Assembly: GCA_001244265.2 (NCBI GenBank)
Contig: LN717261.1
Coordinates: 2,185,591 to 2,249,590 of the forward strand
Direction: 5' to 3'
Source of the DNA: Microbotryum violaceum
Taxonomy: Eukaryota
Length of the DNA stretch: 64,000 bases
Each line of letters opens with the position of its first letter. Position 1 is the first letter of the stretch. A program made the position numbers and the translations under genes. The notes under the pieces were generated by a model. The model had not been told where the DNA came from. It was given only the letters and a program-made list of their open reading frames with translations, and did no database searches. Positions 1-18,200 of this stretch are shown in pieces.

Positions 1-738
1 CCAAGGGATAACTCACGCATGCAGTGTCACCACCTGATGTTGAAGAAACAACTCGAAAGTTGACATTCAAAGAGGTCATGTTGAAGGGAATCTCTGCTTG
101 GTAGTTCCCCATCAGCTTCTAACCAATCCCACACCAAGAGCACAGTTCATGAAGTTACTTACTCGAATTCGTAGCTATGTTGCATGCGGCAGGCATTTCT
201 GTATCCTGTATTCGTTGCAGAGCTTCCACGACGACCGCTTCGGATGTCGCAAGCTCGAGGTGGCGATGGGATGAGGTGCGGTAGGTAAGGTGTGAAGAGC
301 AGGAGGGAGAAAGATGGAGAAGTCTGCGCCTCAGTTCAAACCGGAGTCATAGAATGTCGCGGAAGGCCGCGGAATGTCGTGGAGTGAAGCCCGAAGCAGA
401 GGGTCATGTGCCAGGCTGCTTTGATGGGAAATGGAACCTCGGCGAACGTGGACGAAACGGTCTGTCGTCACGTGGTTTGTCTCCCGTTCTCTGACATTCT
501 TTGACATCGACGTGGTAGACACACGAAACAGTCTGCTTCGGGAGACAGAGAGTCACGTCACGTGCTATTCAATGGAACCTCGGCGAACGTAAGCGAAACG
601 GTCTGAAACAGCGTTATGTAGCTAGCTGGGACGCGCTGGACCGAGAGCTGGCTATGACGTCACGCCACGTGGTTTGTCTTTCGTTCTCTGACATTCTTTG
701 ACGTTCTTCGTCTCGACGGATCCATTTAGTAGTATATA
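1..738 (-). mobile_element. Non-autonomous Helitron (family HelA), 5' portion; continues beyond the window start
   Basis: 1-390 is the reverse complement of about 55875-56256, which lies in a copy ending in hairpin+CTAG. 560-730 carries the same 5'-terminal block (cgtcgagac...aaaccacgtggcgtgacgtcat...gctctcggtccagcg) seen at 4130-4370. Confidence 0.7.
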
Positions 739-835
739 CTAGTGCGGTGGCGCTTCGCGCGCCATGACGTCACGCCACGTGGTTTCTCTCGTTCTAGAAC
801 GTTCTTTGTCTCGACGTATCCATTTAGTAGTATAT
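739..835 (-). mobile_element. About 95-bp mini-Helitron: HelA 5' terminus fused directly to a hairpin and CTAG
   Basis: Minus strand reads tatactactaaatggatacgtcgagac...ccacgtggcgtgacgtca-TGGCGC gcgaa GCGCCA-ccgca-CTAG|T. Confidence 0.55.
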
Positions 836-1152
836 AATATATAATAATAATAATATATAGTATATAGTATATAGTATATAGTATATAGTATATAGTATAT
901 AGTATATAGTATATAGTATATAGTATATAGTATATTAGTAGTATAGTATATAGTATATAGTATATAGTATATAGTATATAGTATATAGTATATAGTATAT
1001 AGTATATAGTATATAGTATATAGTATATAGTATATAGTATATAATATATAATAATAATAATATATAGTATATAGTATATAGTATATAGTATATAGTATAT
1101 AGTATATAGTATATAGTATATAGTATATAGTATATAGTATATTAGTAGTATA
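828..1152. repeat. (TAGTATA)n heptamer microsatellite with short (AAT)n interruptions
   Basis: Directly visible tandem array. The YYILYTI stretch of ORF 726..1295 is its translation. Confidence 0.97.
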
Positions 1153-4226
<3,074 letters not shown>

Positions 4227-5844
4227 TAAAATAGGCCGTCGAGACAAAGAACATTCTAGAACGAGACAAACCACGTGGCGTGACGTCATAGGCAGCTCTC
4301 GGTCCAGCGTCTAGCTAGCGCTGTTTCAGACCGTTTCGCCTACGTTCGCCGAGGTTCCATTGAATAGCACGGTGGATGTCGCCGCACAGTCACCGATTGC
4401 ACTGCGTCCACTGCCGGAGGATCAACTTTGTCCAACGGATCCACCGCCGGTGAACGCTGCGATCTCTCAAAGGTTTCAAGGTCAGCAAAGACGTCGTCAA
4501 CGGGAAAGGCCTGAGGAATGAAGTTGATCCTCCGGCAGTGGACGCAGTGCCATCGGTGACTGTGTGGCGGCTGGACGTCGGCGTGCCCTAGATCTTCTGG
4601 AAGTAGACTGATTCGTCGATGTTGATGCGGTAGAGGCTGGACAATAGCATACTGATAATCGAATCACGCAAGAAAACAGGCTCCGGTTGCGTGAATTGCA
4701 GCTCACCATCCCGTGGCAGTCGTGCTGGCAAGTGTGTGCCATTCTTTCAAAAGCAAAGCGCAGGGCAGCATGACTAACCGACCGTTTGGACTGTAACATC
4801 ACAGAGGATCCGAAGCAATGCCTTCCCGTTGTTCTTCAAGTCATCGCCTACACAAATCGTCGACACTTGCATCATGAATGCTGACTTCTGGGTTGAAGTT
4901 GGGGTGCTGCTTGACTTCGTACGGTTGAGAATCCGGGTTAATGGGACACTAAATGTGAGTCTTCACTGCCATTGCTACAGATGGACAACAGCAAGAATAC
5001 TGACACTTGCCCGACGTCTCGGAGGTCGGAAGGACAGCAACGACATCGTCAACGGGAAAGGCTCGAGCGAGAGCGTTCCGGTCCGGACCCACACAGTTCT
5101 TCGCCGAACCCTGCCTCTACCGCATCAACATCGACGAATCATTCTACTTCCAGAAGATCTAGGGCACAATAATTGCGGAGACTCGGGGAAAGGCAGCAAA
5201 ATGAGTCTATCAATCAATCACCTCCACCCCAGCCAACGCCCGAAGTCCACTCTGTCCCGGTGGATGTCGCCGCACAGTCATCGATTGCCCTGCGTCCACT
5301 GCCGGAGGATCACCTTCGTCCAATGGATCCACCGCCTGTGAACGCTGCGATCTCTCGAAGGTCTCAAGGTCAGCAAAGACGTCGTCAACGGGAAAGGCTT
5401 GAGCGAGAGCGTTCCGTTCCGATCCCGCACAGTTTTCCGCCCGACCCTGCCTTTGCCAAATCACGACGAATCAGTCCGCCTCCAGGAGATCCCGAAATGA
5501 TTGCGTTGGACAATCCCCTCCACCCCAGCCAACGCCCGATGCCAACGCTATCCCGCAGCGACGACCTACAGTCCGGAACCTCCGGGAGCGCGTTCAGTTC
5601 GCGCACGGCGACATCCACCCGCCGCACAGACACCGATTGCACTGCGTCCACTGCCGGGAGCCTACCCTCGACATGACTTAGGTGCAATGAACCTTCTGTG
5701 TCGGAAGCTCGGAACTTCTGTCCAGTCCTGCAAGAATTCCCGAAAACAGATGAAGCCGCGTAGAACCGTAGCCATCTGCAATAATGTAACAGAACTGCTG
5801 ATTTTCAATGTGAGGTGGCGCGCGGAGCGCGCCGCCGAACCTAG
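4227..5844 (+). mobile_element. Non-autonomous Helitron HelA, head-to-head with the preceding copy
   Basis: HelA 5' block at 4235-4370, PIF1 motif-III remnant at 4805-4890 (DPKQCLPVVLQ..QIVDTCIMNADFW), and 3' hairpin GGCGCGCggaGCGCGCC followed by CTAG|T at 5841-5844. Confidence 0.8.
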
Positions 5845-6644
5845 TAATGAGATAATGATCGCGGCTAGTGACATTTGCGAGAACACTTGGTGTGCTATTA
5901 GCTTTGTTAGGACAGGTTCACGGATGGTTTGGAAAGGCAGTCAATGATCTTCCTTGTCCGAGTTGCTGAGGCAGGAAATACAGCGAGGAATGCTATACAA
6001 GGTGTCCCACCCCATAGGGACACATCCAGCAGCTTTGAGATGATTGATCGTTTTAGTCATTGTATTGCAGCCTAGGGTGTGGGGTGGGGGGGATTACTCG
6101 GTCCGGGGTCCGGACGATGGCCGCGGCTGGGACGAGAGCCGGAGGTGCAGGCACGATTTCCAACTACATGAGGTCCTGGTGAGAGTGCTTCTTACTGAAG
6201 GTGGACGTACTTGATGATCATGTAGGAGGGTTCGTCAAGCTTCAGTGTGATACATGGCATACTACACGAGATACAGCGGATTGCCCAGCTACGTCACGGT
6301 GGTAGATGCACCATCCTTAATTGGTAAACGCACCTTTCTTCCGGACCAAACGCACCAAACTTGCGCGAAGAATGCACCATTTGTAAATGAACTTTGCACC
6401 TTTCTACCGGGCTAGATGCGTCAAGCTTCGGGGGTAAACGCGCCCGCGTAATTGGTAATTGCACCATTTGCTCGCGGCATTAACCCATTTTCCTATATAT
6501 ATAGCCAGAGGTGAGGCCTCAGGATTTGGCCCTGCTTGCCACAGCTTGCCATTTGGCCTGGTGGGACGGTGGGCTGCAGGGTGCGCCATCCCAAAGTACA
6601 GTACAGTACGACGATACTCTCGATCAAACGCGTCCGAGTACGAG

Positions 6645-9600
6645 ATGGCCAAAGCCAAGCCGATGACGGACACGCCGACGGTGACGAGTGGTGGCGCGAC
6701 CGACGCCGGTCCAAGTGGGGAGCCGAGGAGCGCGAGGCCGTTGCCGCGATCACCGTCATCATCCTCGTCCTCGTCGTCGCCATCCTCGGCCGCATCGACC
6801 TCGACCTCGACCTCGACCATGACGACCCCAGCCCCGGTGGCCTCGACGTCCTCCTCGGGGCCAGCGAGTGCAGCAGCCGTGGTTGTCATGACTACACCGG
6901 TCCAACAGACTCGGACGACGACGCGAGGCGCTCCGTCGCACCAGCAGCACCAGCAGCACCAGCAGCAGCACCACCAGCGCCAGCAATACCACCAGCCTGC
7001 TCACCACGCTGCACTGCCAACACCACCTCCGTTACCACCCTCGTCAGCAGCAACACCGTCGCAACATCCGCAACAACATCCGCAACAGCAGCTCTCACCC
7101 CAGGCTCACGCTCACGCTCTCCATCACCATGCGTACCACTACCACCCTCAGCAGCAGCCACCCCAGCTACACCAGCTACACCAGCCACAGCCACGGCTAC
7201 AGCAGCAGCAACCTCAGCAACCGCATCAACCTCATCAACCTCATCAACCTCATCATCACCCTCACCACCCACAGCACCACGCCCCAACTTCGTATGTGCT
7301 CGCGCCCGAGCTCGCGCACTACCTCGAACACACGCTCGTGCCCTCGGTCGTACCCATGCCCGACGAGTACAACGCCAAGGAGCAGGCCAGAATCTACCTC
7401 GAGAAAATCGCCGGCGAGGTATCCCATGGTGCCAAGCTGTTGCCGTTCGGGTCAGTCACTCTTGCTGCAATGCCGTGCTTTCGAGTTTCGTGTGGCGCTG
7501 CTCGTTCCCTCGCGCGCGCCCTTGGCCTCGCACGACGCGCCCCATGCTTTCCGCGCAACCTTTCAAATCGCTCATTGGAAACTGTCTTCACCTTCTACGT
7601 GTACCACTTTTAGATCGATGGCCAATGGCTTTGCGCTCAAGAACTCGGGTCAGTCACGAGGCCGAGGCGAGCAGCCGCGTTGTCGGCGGTCGCAACTCAG
7701 GGGTCAGGAGCTCATGTCTTTCTCTTCTCTGCTTCCCTTTTTCCTCCAACCCCAACCCCAACCGACCCCGAACTCCTATCCTCGTCATGATATGTAACCC
7801 GATCGCCGGACACATTTAAATAAACACCCCCTACGCCGTCCTACACCACTCTTCCCCTTACAGACATGGACCTCTGCTGTGTCTTGGCCCCCGATGCGCC
7901 AGTGAGGAATGCGGCCGTATTGGTCGAAAAGCTAGGCACCCGGATAGAGAAGGGTGCGTCCAAACTGACCGAACGAACGAAACATTGGCTTTGGGTCGTT
8001 TTCTGTCGTAAGACCTACTGACTCCTGTGCCCCTGGCCGCGCCTTTCGCAGAGACCAACTTTCACGTCAAGATGTTGCCGCGCGCTCGAATACCCATCAT
8101 CAAATTGACAATACCGCCCTCGGCGACCTTGCCCTTTGGCATGGCCTGCGACATTGGCTTCGAAAATCGACTCGCATTGGAGAACACGCGACTGCTCTTG
8201 ACTTACGCTATGATCGACCCGCGATTACGCACAATCGTCTTGTTCCGTGAGTTCTGACTGCAGCCGGTGCGTGTGCTCACCTCGGCACCACGGCCACCCT
8301 GACACCCGTCCCACCCGTCCTGTTCCACGCATGCTTGTGCAGTCAAGGTATGGACCAAAAGAAGAAAGATCAACAACCCCTACCGAGGTACCCTCAGCTC
8401 TTATGGCTACGTTCTGCTGGTCATCCACTTCCTCACCCACGTCAAGTCGCCGCCGGTTCTTCCGTAGGTCACTAGGGCATCAAACGCTTCACTGCTACGC
8501 GAGCTTTGTGACTGACGCTCCACATTTTTTTTGCTCTGCACCAGGAATTTGCAACGCTTGCCCCCACCGAGGTGCATGCCGCCTGAAGAGCGCCAATTCC
8601 AAGGCCACGACGTCTACTTCTTCGATGATATGGAGTCACTACCTCGCGTGTGGCAGACCGCAAACGTCGAGACCGTCGGCGAACTCTTGATTGACTTTTT
8701 CAGATACTACGCCAAGGATTTCATGTACCATCACCACGTCTTGTCCTTCAGGAGCGAATATGGCATATTGACCAAGGAAGCCAAGGGATGGAATCCCGAT
8801 GTGAGTGTTGCCGAAGATATCATCAGCCACCAGACTAGTGGCAATCGCTAAGTGCCCGCTTTGGTCCAAAAAAAAAAAAAAGGTTGAATATGACCCTGAT
8901 GTCATTGTGCGGGATCTGCACAAACTGTGTATCGAAGTGCGTGCTCGTCGATGTGCGGCGGGATTAATACCCTGGGAGTTGTCGCTCACCTCGCTTTTGA
9001 ACCAGGACCCTTTCCAACTCAACTACAACGTGGCTCGTACAGTCACCAAGGACGGTTTATATACGGTATGTTTTTCCTACCCTGTCCAAATTGGCGTACT
9101 CAGCTGAGCTGTCGGGTTTTACCCCTCACCGCCGTCCCGTTCAGATCCGTGGCGAGTTCATGCGAGCTTATCGCATTGTCGCTCCTTCGCGAGCGACGGA
9201 CCGCATCACGGCCGTGATCAATGATCTCTGCGAAGAGCGCGAAGATTCGCTCGTGATTCAGCCTCCTTCGAGCGAAAGCCGAGGTTCGGGGCGGCGTCGC
9301 TCAGCCCCGTCACCTCGTATCGTCCCCACGCACTTCGGATCGAGTATGGCCCCTCAACCGGGCTATTTCGGGATGCCTGCACCGGCCGTGCCTCCCATGC
9401 CCCCGATGAGTGATTTCAGGATATGGTCCGCAGCGAACGGTGGGCCCGGCCCGGTGGCCAACAATCACGATTATGACGCTAGGGCCAATGGAAGCGCGCT
9501 CGTCGACGACTCGGCCCCAACCTCCCCCATTCTCGGTCTACCGGCGGCCGCGCAGCCGACTCCCTGGGTCAAGCCGTCTGAGCGACCGTTTGCCAGCGGG

Positions 9601-11145
9601 ACCAAACCAAGACGACCTTCCAGCCATTCAACGCTGCAATCGGCAAGCGTGAACGGCCGGCAGCGCCATGCTCTACACCCGACGTCGTCGACGCTGAATG
9701 GGGGAGAGGGTGCAACGATCGAGAGAAGAATGTCGTGGGATGGTTCGGCATCGACGTCGATCCCTTCCAACGAAGCTTATGACCTTCATCGTTTCTTCCA
9801 AAACCAACCCGAGGAAAGCTCATCATCGTCTAGCCACGAGCGCCGATCGGCAATGACAGCACCATCTAGTCCGGACCTGGGTGCTTCGGCACCGTACCAT
9901 TCGGCCACGTTCGGAGGCTACAGTAACAGTGGCCGTGCAAGTTTGTCGGCTCACGATGGCACTGCTTCGCACGTTGGGCCGCGATTCACCTCGCCGTCGC
10001 ACTCTCGTGTCCCGCCGCTGCGAGCTGCTCCGTACCACCCCGGAGGGTACCCTGCTGCTCCGCCGACATGGACCTGTGCTCACCCAATCGGCACGAGACC
10101 CAACCCGGGACCTATATTCCCCGAAGAGGATCGGGAACAAATTGCACTCGAAAACTCGATCACCTTCGGCAACTTCCCGCCGGCTGCGTTGTCGGCATCC
10201 GGCCCAAGCTCGTCTTCAGCGTGGACCGCAACCGAGGGCAACGCGACAGGGCCGGGTCCCCACGGATCGTACGCTTTGGCTTGGGGCAATCCTGGCTACG
10301 AGTATCCAATTTCCTCTTCGTCCCCTTCCACGGAAGTTACTCCTGCTCATTCCATGGCCACGTACGACGATGTTGCCGAACATGGCTCCGCCTCCCATAT
10401 CGCCCAAGATTCGGCCTCCGCGCAACGGGAACCAGGTCTGGGATCGACAAGGGGCAGAATACTGAATGGACTTCCGCCCTTGCTCCCTGCTCCCGCCGAT
10501 GAATGGGACCTGGCCAGTAGACCGAGACAGAGAGGGCGAAGCGTACCCCATGTTCGACTTGGGCCGGACGGTCGCGAGTCCATCTTATTTGGTGAGATCC
10601 AAGTCACCCTGCCCAACCCGGTCCCGAACGAGGTCGAGCCCGCCGATTCTTTGTCACGTAGCAGAGGACACACCGCGGTCACCAACAAGGTCCCTCGGCT
10701 GATCCCGAGCCTGACTATGTCCCCTCCAACGCCCCTGAAGGAACTTAGCGTCGCCCGCGTCTCTTCACCCGTGGCAACGCTTACTTCTTCAACGATCGCC
10801 GCCACATCGCAAGCACCCGGGAGCCCCTCCAACTCCGCACCCGTCAGCTTTGCGACCCCTTCGACGATTCTAAACCATGCTTTCCATTCGACGATGCATT
10901 CACGTGGGAGCTCTTCTTCAGCTTCGACGACGCCGACGCCGAGTCCCGGGCCGCCGAGGAGCGCGACGACGGCGTCAGCCCCAGTGCCGGTGGCGGCTGT
11001 ACCATCAAGAAAAGGCGTGACGATGAGGTCTCCGGATACCAGCGCAGGCGCGGGATACAGACTTGGCAATGACGCGGCTACGGGGCTGTCCGTGTCAAAG
11101 CTGACGATACGTGACGACCCACTGGAGAAAAGCGTCCGGAGATAG
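6645..11145 (+). CDS. Cid1/Cid13-family non-canonical poly(A)/poly(U) RNA polymerase (terminal nucleotidyltransferase), about 1205 aa, 9 exons
   Basis: GT-AG exons 6645-7450, 7614-7648, 7864-7953, 8052-8246, 8343-8463, 8545-8800, 8883-8936, 9006-9065 and 9145-11145 join in frame (3618 nt). Motifs: LLPFGSMANGFALKNSDMDLC (pol-beta NTase GS/DxD), RARIPIIK, CDIGFENRLALENTRLL, KVWTKRRKINNPYRGTLSSYGY, and PAP-associated GELLIDFFRYY...CIEDPFQLNYNVARTV. The N-terminus is Q/H/P-rich and the C-terminus S/P-rich. The start codon is inferred. Confidence 0.92.
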
Positions 11146-12053
11146 ATGCACACCGACGCAGAACGCGCTCGCGATCTTTTTTGATTCGATCTTTCTCACC
11201 TTGCATACACTATCCACTCGCAAGCAGGTCGCATCAATGCATTGCAGTTTTGTTGATTACATCCCTTCGCTGTCATACCCGCCCTGCGGTTCTGGTGCGA
11301 GTTACTATTGACGTAATATCTGATCCGAGGTATGGAGCATACCATTCCTTGTGCATTGGGTGTACATTGCGAGCGAAAATCCTTCGTTTCCACCGCTGGG
11401 GGACGAAGGCCTTACACAATGACCAATATCGGCATCCCTATCTGGTTCCCCTGCGACCCTCGTCCCTGTGTCGACACATGGAGCGACGGATGCTGCCCAG
11501 CATGTGGTCTTGCAAGACTGCGACTGATCTCCGTCGCCCTCATACGCATGGCTTCCGCCATGGCGGCATAATTGGAGTTGCGCAAATCATCGGAAGGAAG
11601 TGTTGTCGAACCATTCGTGCCAGAGGCGGGACTAGTCAGTTGTCCCATCCAAGGGAGATTTACGGACTCGGCCAGGTAACGTGGGCTAGGAATGAAGTTT
11701 GTTGCATCGCATTGACCGCGCGATCCACAGTAATGGAAGCCGGCCTGAAAGGGAGAAAAGGACGTCTGTGCACCACCATAATTGATCGAGGAACCTACTG
11801 CAAGGCCTGAGGCCTTTGCCCGAGGTACGATGGAAGGCGATAGAACTTTTGGCTTAGTTGAATAGCTTGCGCGCGCCTAGAACCTCCCTTGGCTTTCGCC
11901 AGCTCACTAACCCGAGGTTCTAGGTGGGTGCCCCTTTTCTCATATGTGTAGTATGTCAGCTCACTAACCCGAGGTTCTAGTGAATTACTATTGTTTGATC
12001 CTGTCTATCGTTCTGGAGCACCGCTGCACGCGGTGCTTCCAATTTTGTTTTGA

Positions 12054-13673
<1,620 letters not shown>

Positions 13674-15273
13674 TGATCGGAGAGTGCGGTTCAGGCGAGC
13701 ATTTGGGCCTGTCTTGCTCATCTCGAAGAGCAGCAAGCGGAAGAGTCGCAATTGCGAGCACTTGAAGTCGCATTTCGCAAGGAGTTCTCGGACCGATTTC
13801 GGGCAGACATCCCGCCGGTCTCACAGTACGAGTCAAAGGTCCGCCATCGTATCGCGCTGAAACCTGGTATGAAGACCCCGCGGCAACCAACCTACGGCAC
13901 TCCGATGCGCTGGCATGCGGCGTGGCAACGCTTACTGGATGAACACCTCGCGGCCGGTCGTCTTCGCCCATCATCGTCGGAATACTCCTTGCCGGCCTTC
14001 ATCATTCCCAAGAAGGGTATGGACACCGACCCGTCGATTATGCCGCGTTGGGTCAACGACTATCGGATCCTCAATGCAGCGACGGTACCAGATCGCACAC
14101 CGCTTCCCCTGCCGGACGAGATTTTGGCCGTCGCAGCTCGGGCGCGCTTCTGGTCCAAGATCGATATGACAAACAGCTTTTTCCAGACAAAGATGGCCGA
14201 GGAGGACATACCAAAGACCGCGGTGGCAACCCCCTGGGGGCTCTTCAAGTGGGTCGTCATGCCGATGGGCCTGTCGAACGCGCCGGCGATGCATCAACAC
14301 CGGGTCAACGAGGCCCTGTCTAGTCTCATAGGCAAGAGCTGCTTCGCCTACCTTGACAACATCACTATCTTCTCGGATACCATGGAGGATCATCAAACCC
14401 ACGTCAAGGAGGTACTCGAGGCGCTGCGGCGGGCCGATCTGTATTGTTCGCCAAAGAAGACCGAACTTTTTTGAACGTCTTGCGACTTTTTGGGGCATGT
14501 CATTTCGCGAAACGGGATTGCAGCAGATCAGTCGAAGGTGGAGCGAATCGTGGAGTGGCCGTGTCCGCGGACTGTCACAGAGCTGCGGGGGTTCCTGGGC
14601 CTCGTTCAATACTTGCGCAAGTTCATCAATGGTCTGGCCCAACATACCAAACCTCTGGCGGATTTAAAGTCGAAGAACGCCAATGTCCGACTCATGTGGG
14701 GTGCCAAGCAAGAGCGACACTTCAACGCCATGAAGACCATTGTCACCTCGCTGCCATGTCTCGAGCCGATCGACCACACGGATTCCACTGATCCCCTCTG
14801 GGTTATGACAGACGCAAGTAATGTTGGGATAGGCGCTGTGTTGCTTCAGGGGCAGGACTGGCACAAGGCACAGCCGGTGGCGTATTGGTCTCGTCAGTAC
14901 ATCAGTGCGGAGGTCAACTACCTGACCCATGAACAGGAGTTTTTGGCGGTCGTGGACGCGCTGCGTCAGTGGCGAGTCAACTTGATGGGTGTCCACTTCC
15001 ATTTCCTTTCTGACCACAAATTGCTGAAGTACCTCAAGACGCAGGAAAATCTATCAAAGCGTCAGGCCCGCTGGGTCGAACGTCTAGCCGACTACGATTT
15101 CGACATCACCTACATTCCGGGAGGCGAGAACACCATGGCAGACGCGATGAGCCGGTACTCTTTCCCCAGGGGGAGCCTGATTCCGTACAGGCGGTTTCGG
15201 AGATGGACGTCGACACACAGCTGCGGAGCCGCCTTGTGGAGGGCTATAACCCCGATCCCTTTTGCCAGCAGGT

Positions 15274-18200
15274 TGTAAGGCCCGTGCGCCTGGGCCTTAG
15301 GAAGAGGGGACGCGCGCCTGGGCACTCTTAGTCTCTCTCCAGCAACTGATACAAGTGTCCAGGTGAGCACAAGGTGGATCAGAAGGCATTGTCATACCAG
15401 CGACTGATACGAGTGTCCAGTGTCAATTCTACATACTTTGGTCCTGTGATCCTTGTCGTCGTCGCTCAGGTGTACACTCCAACGGGGTGTATTACACTTT
15501 TTTCACACCGGTCAAAGACGCACACTGCCACGTGCGCCAGCGACACACCCACGGAACGAACAAACAACAACGAACGGTAACAGACGAACATGGCGCGTGG
15601 CAAGAACTCCACCGCCCAACTAGCGCCACCATCGGCACCAGAGGAAAGGGAGGACAGCTCGGACGATGAACAGGAGGTTGCAAGGATGCCAAGGGGCATG
15701 AAGCTCAGCGCGCCCAAGCTTGCGAACGGCACGAAACTCACTCTCTCCTTGATCCGCGCATTCCTCAACGACATGGACAACATGTTCTTCCAGTACCAAG
15801 TGAAGAACATGCGACTAAAGATAATGTTCATCGCCAACCACATTGAACACGAGGCGCTCAAGGATTGGCTGGTGACGGCGACGGAGGAACGCACGTGGGA
15901 CGAGCTTAAGGTCGCCTTCATCCACAAGGCACTACCCTTGGATTTCGCCTTCACGACAGAGCAGCATATTCGCCACAGCCACCAAGGCAACCACGACTAC
16001 GCGACGTGGGCTTCGGGACTTCGGGCCTCACAGCTGCAGCTCGGCCAGACCGCCCTCAGCAACATCAAGTTCATCAAGATCCTACTGTTCAACATGGACC
16101 CTCAATTGAGCGTTGTTCTACGACAGAACGACCTTCTGTTGGGTACTGGCCTACACCAAGATGATTTAGACTACGTGGCGGCTTCAAAGGCGGCGCTCCC
16201 CAAGCTCAAGACATTATCTTACAAGGTGTTCGAGCGATTGGCACAATCCCAATGGAATGTGATCATAGCGTTTCGTCCTGTAGCAACTCCCCGAACGCAA
16301 ACCTCGACTACGAGCCCAAAGACCAGCTCTGGCCGACCTTTCGTGACCTCGGCGACCACTCGACGCAGGCCGACGAGACTCACGGACCCAATGAAGGATT
16401 ATCTCTCGGAGAAGGAGGGATGCTTTAGCTGCAGACGCATCAACACGGATCACCGCGCGAGCGACTGTACAGCCAACTGGCAGCAGGCACCGGATGTCCC
16501 GGAGGGGTGGGCCGAATTCGAAAAGAAGACGGCGAAAGCGGCTAAGAACGACACCCTCCATCAAATTGCGGAAAACTCAGAAGACGACATCTCAACGGAC
16601 GAAGAAAACGAGTACGCCCCTCAGTTCATCTCCACCATTCCCATCACTCTGCACAACAACACGAAGTCAAAGACGTTGCAGGCACTTGCTGACTCTGGGG
16701 CCTCTTCCTCCTTTATCGCAGATAAGGTGGTTGAGAAACTGGGGTTAGTCATGCATCGTCTCCCTGTTCCTACATTGGTCAAAACTGCAATCAAAGGCCA
16801 AGCACGCGCGTTTCATGTTACCTTGTTTGTAAAGATTCCGATCACGCTCGAGAATGGCGCATGGGAAGCGGGACACACGATTCTGAAGGTGGCTAAACTG
16901 CAGGAGCCCTTGGAAGTGGTACTGGGGTTCAACTTCCTTGTAAAACACAAGGTTACCATCGACTTTGCGGCACACAAGATCCTGGTGCCACATCCGACCA
17001 TGCCTGACGTAAAGATCGACCTTCTTGCGCCGGTCTTCGGACCCCACCCCCAGCGAGCCGCGGCGAGGAATGCCAAACGAAGCGATAAAGCTCGGATCAA
17101 CTGGCGTGCAGTGATTGCCTACATCGATGGGGTCCAGCAAAGGGAAACGGAGTTGACGGAGTTGCGACGGCAGGAGGCAAAGCTACGGGTCGAGTTTGCG
17201 GATCGGTTCCCAGGGGATATTCCTCCGGTTTCGACGTATGAATCACCGGTCCGACACCGAATCGAGCTGAAGGACGGAGCAACAAAACCGAACTTGAAGG
17301 GTTATCGAGCGGCACACCGTTACCGGGAAGCCTGGAAGCGCCTGATTGATCAGCACGTCGCCAATGGCCGCCTTCGAAAGTCGTCATCAGAGTTCGCGTC
17401 CCCGGCGTTTGTCATCCCAAAGAAAGGTATGGATAAGGACCCGTCAATCCAACCACGCATGGTCTGTGACTACCGAGTACTCAACAAAGGGACGGTCCGA
17501 GATCGCACACCTCTACCACTTCCGGACGAGATTCTGTCGGTCTGCTCAAACGCGCGATTCTGGGGGAAGATCGACATGACAAACTCCTTCTTCCAAACCA
17601 AGATGGCCGAGGAAGACATCCGGAAGACGGCGATTGTGACACCGTGGGGATTGTACGAGTGGACGGTAATGCCAATGGGACTCTGCAACGCCCCGGCAAC
17701 GCATCAGCGCCGAGTCAACGAGGCACTCGGAGACCTTATCGGGAGCGTGTGTTTTGTGTACCTCGATGACATCACAATCTTTGCCGACACCTTGGAGGAA
17801 CATGAACGACGGGTGCGACTAGTCCTGGAGGCGCTGAGACGGGCGGATCTGTACGTATCGCCGAAGAAGACGGAACTGTTTGCTGCCGAGTGCTTTTTCC
17901 TCGGCCACCAGATCACTCGGGAAGGCATCAAGGTCGATCCTGACAAGGTGGAGCGGATCCAACAGTGGCCGCGACCAAGGACGGTGAAGCAATTGCGGGG
18001 ATTCCTAGGTCTGGTGCAGTATCTGCGGAAGTTCATCGACAAGCTTGCGGATTTGACGGCGGTTTTAGTCCCGCTGACACGGAAAGGGGTGCATGTCGAC
18101 GAAGGCTGGACGGGAGAGCACGACAAGGCGTTTGAGGCAATCAAGTCCTTGGTGGGCAACCTTCCTTCTCTACATCCCATTGACCATTCCGACAAGGGCG

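Noticed and set aside
10347..11153. 268-aa antisense ORF, and 6536..7819 in an alternative frame
   Set aside because: Shadow ORFs of the GC-rich Cid1-like coding sequence with no motifs.
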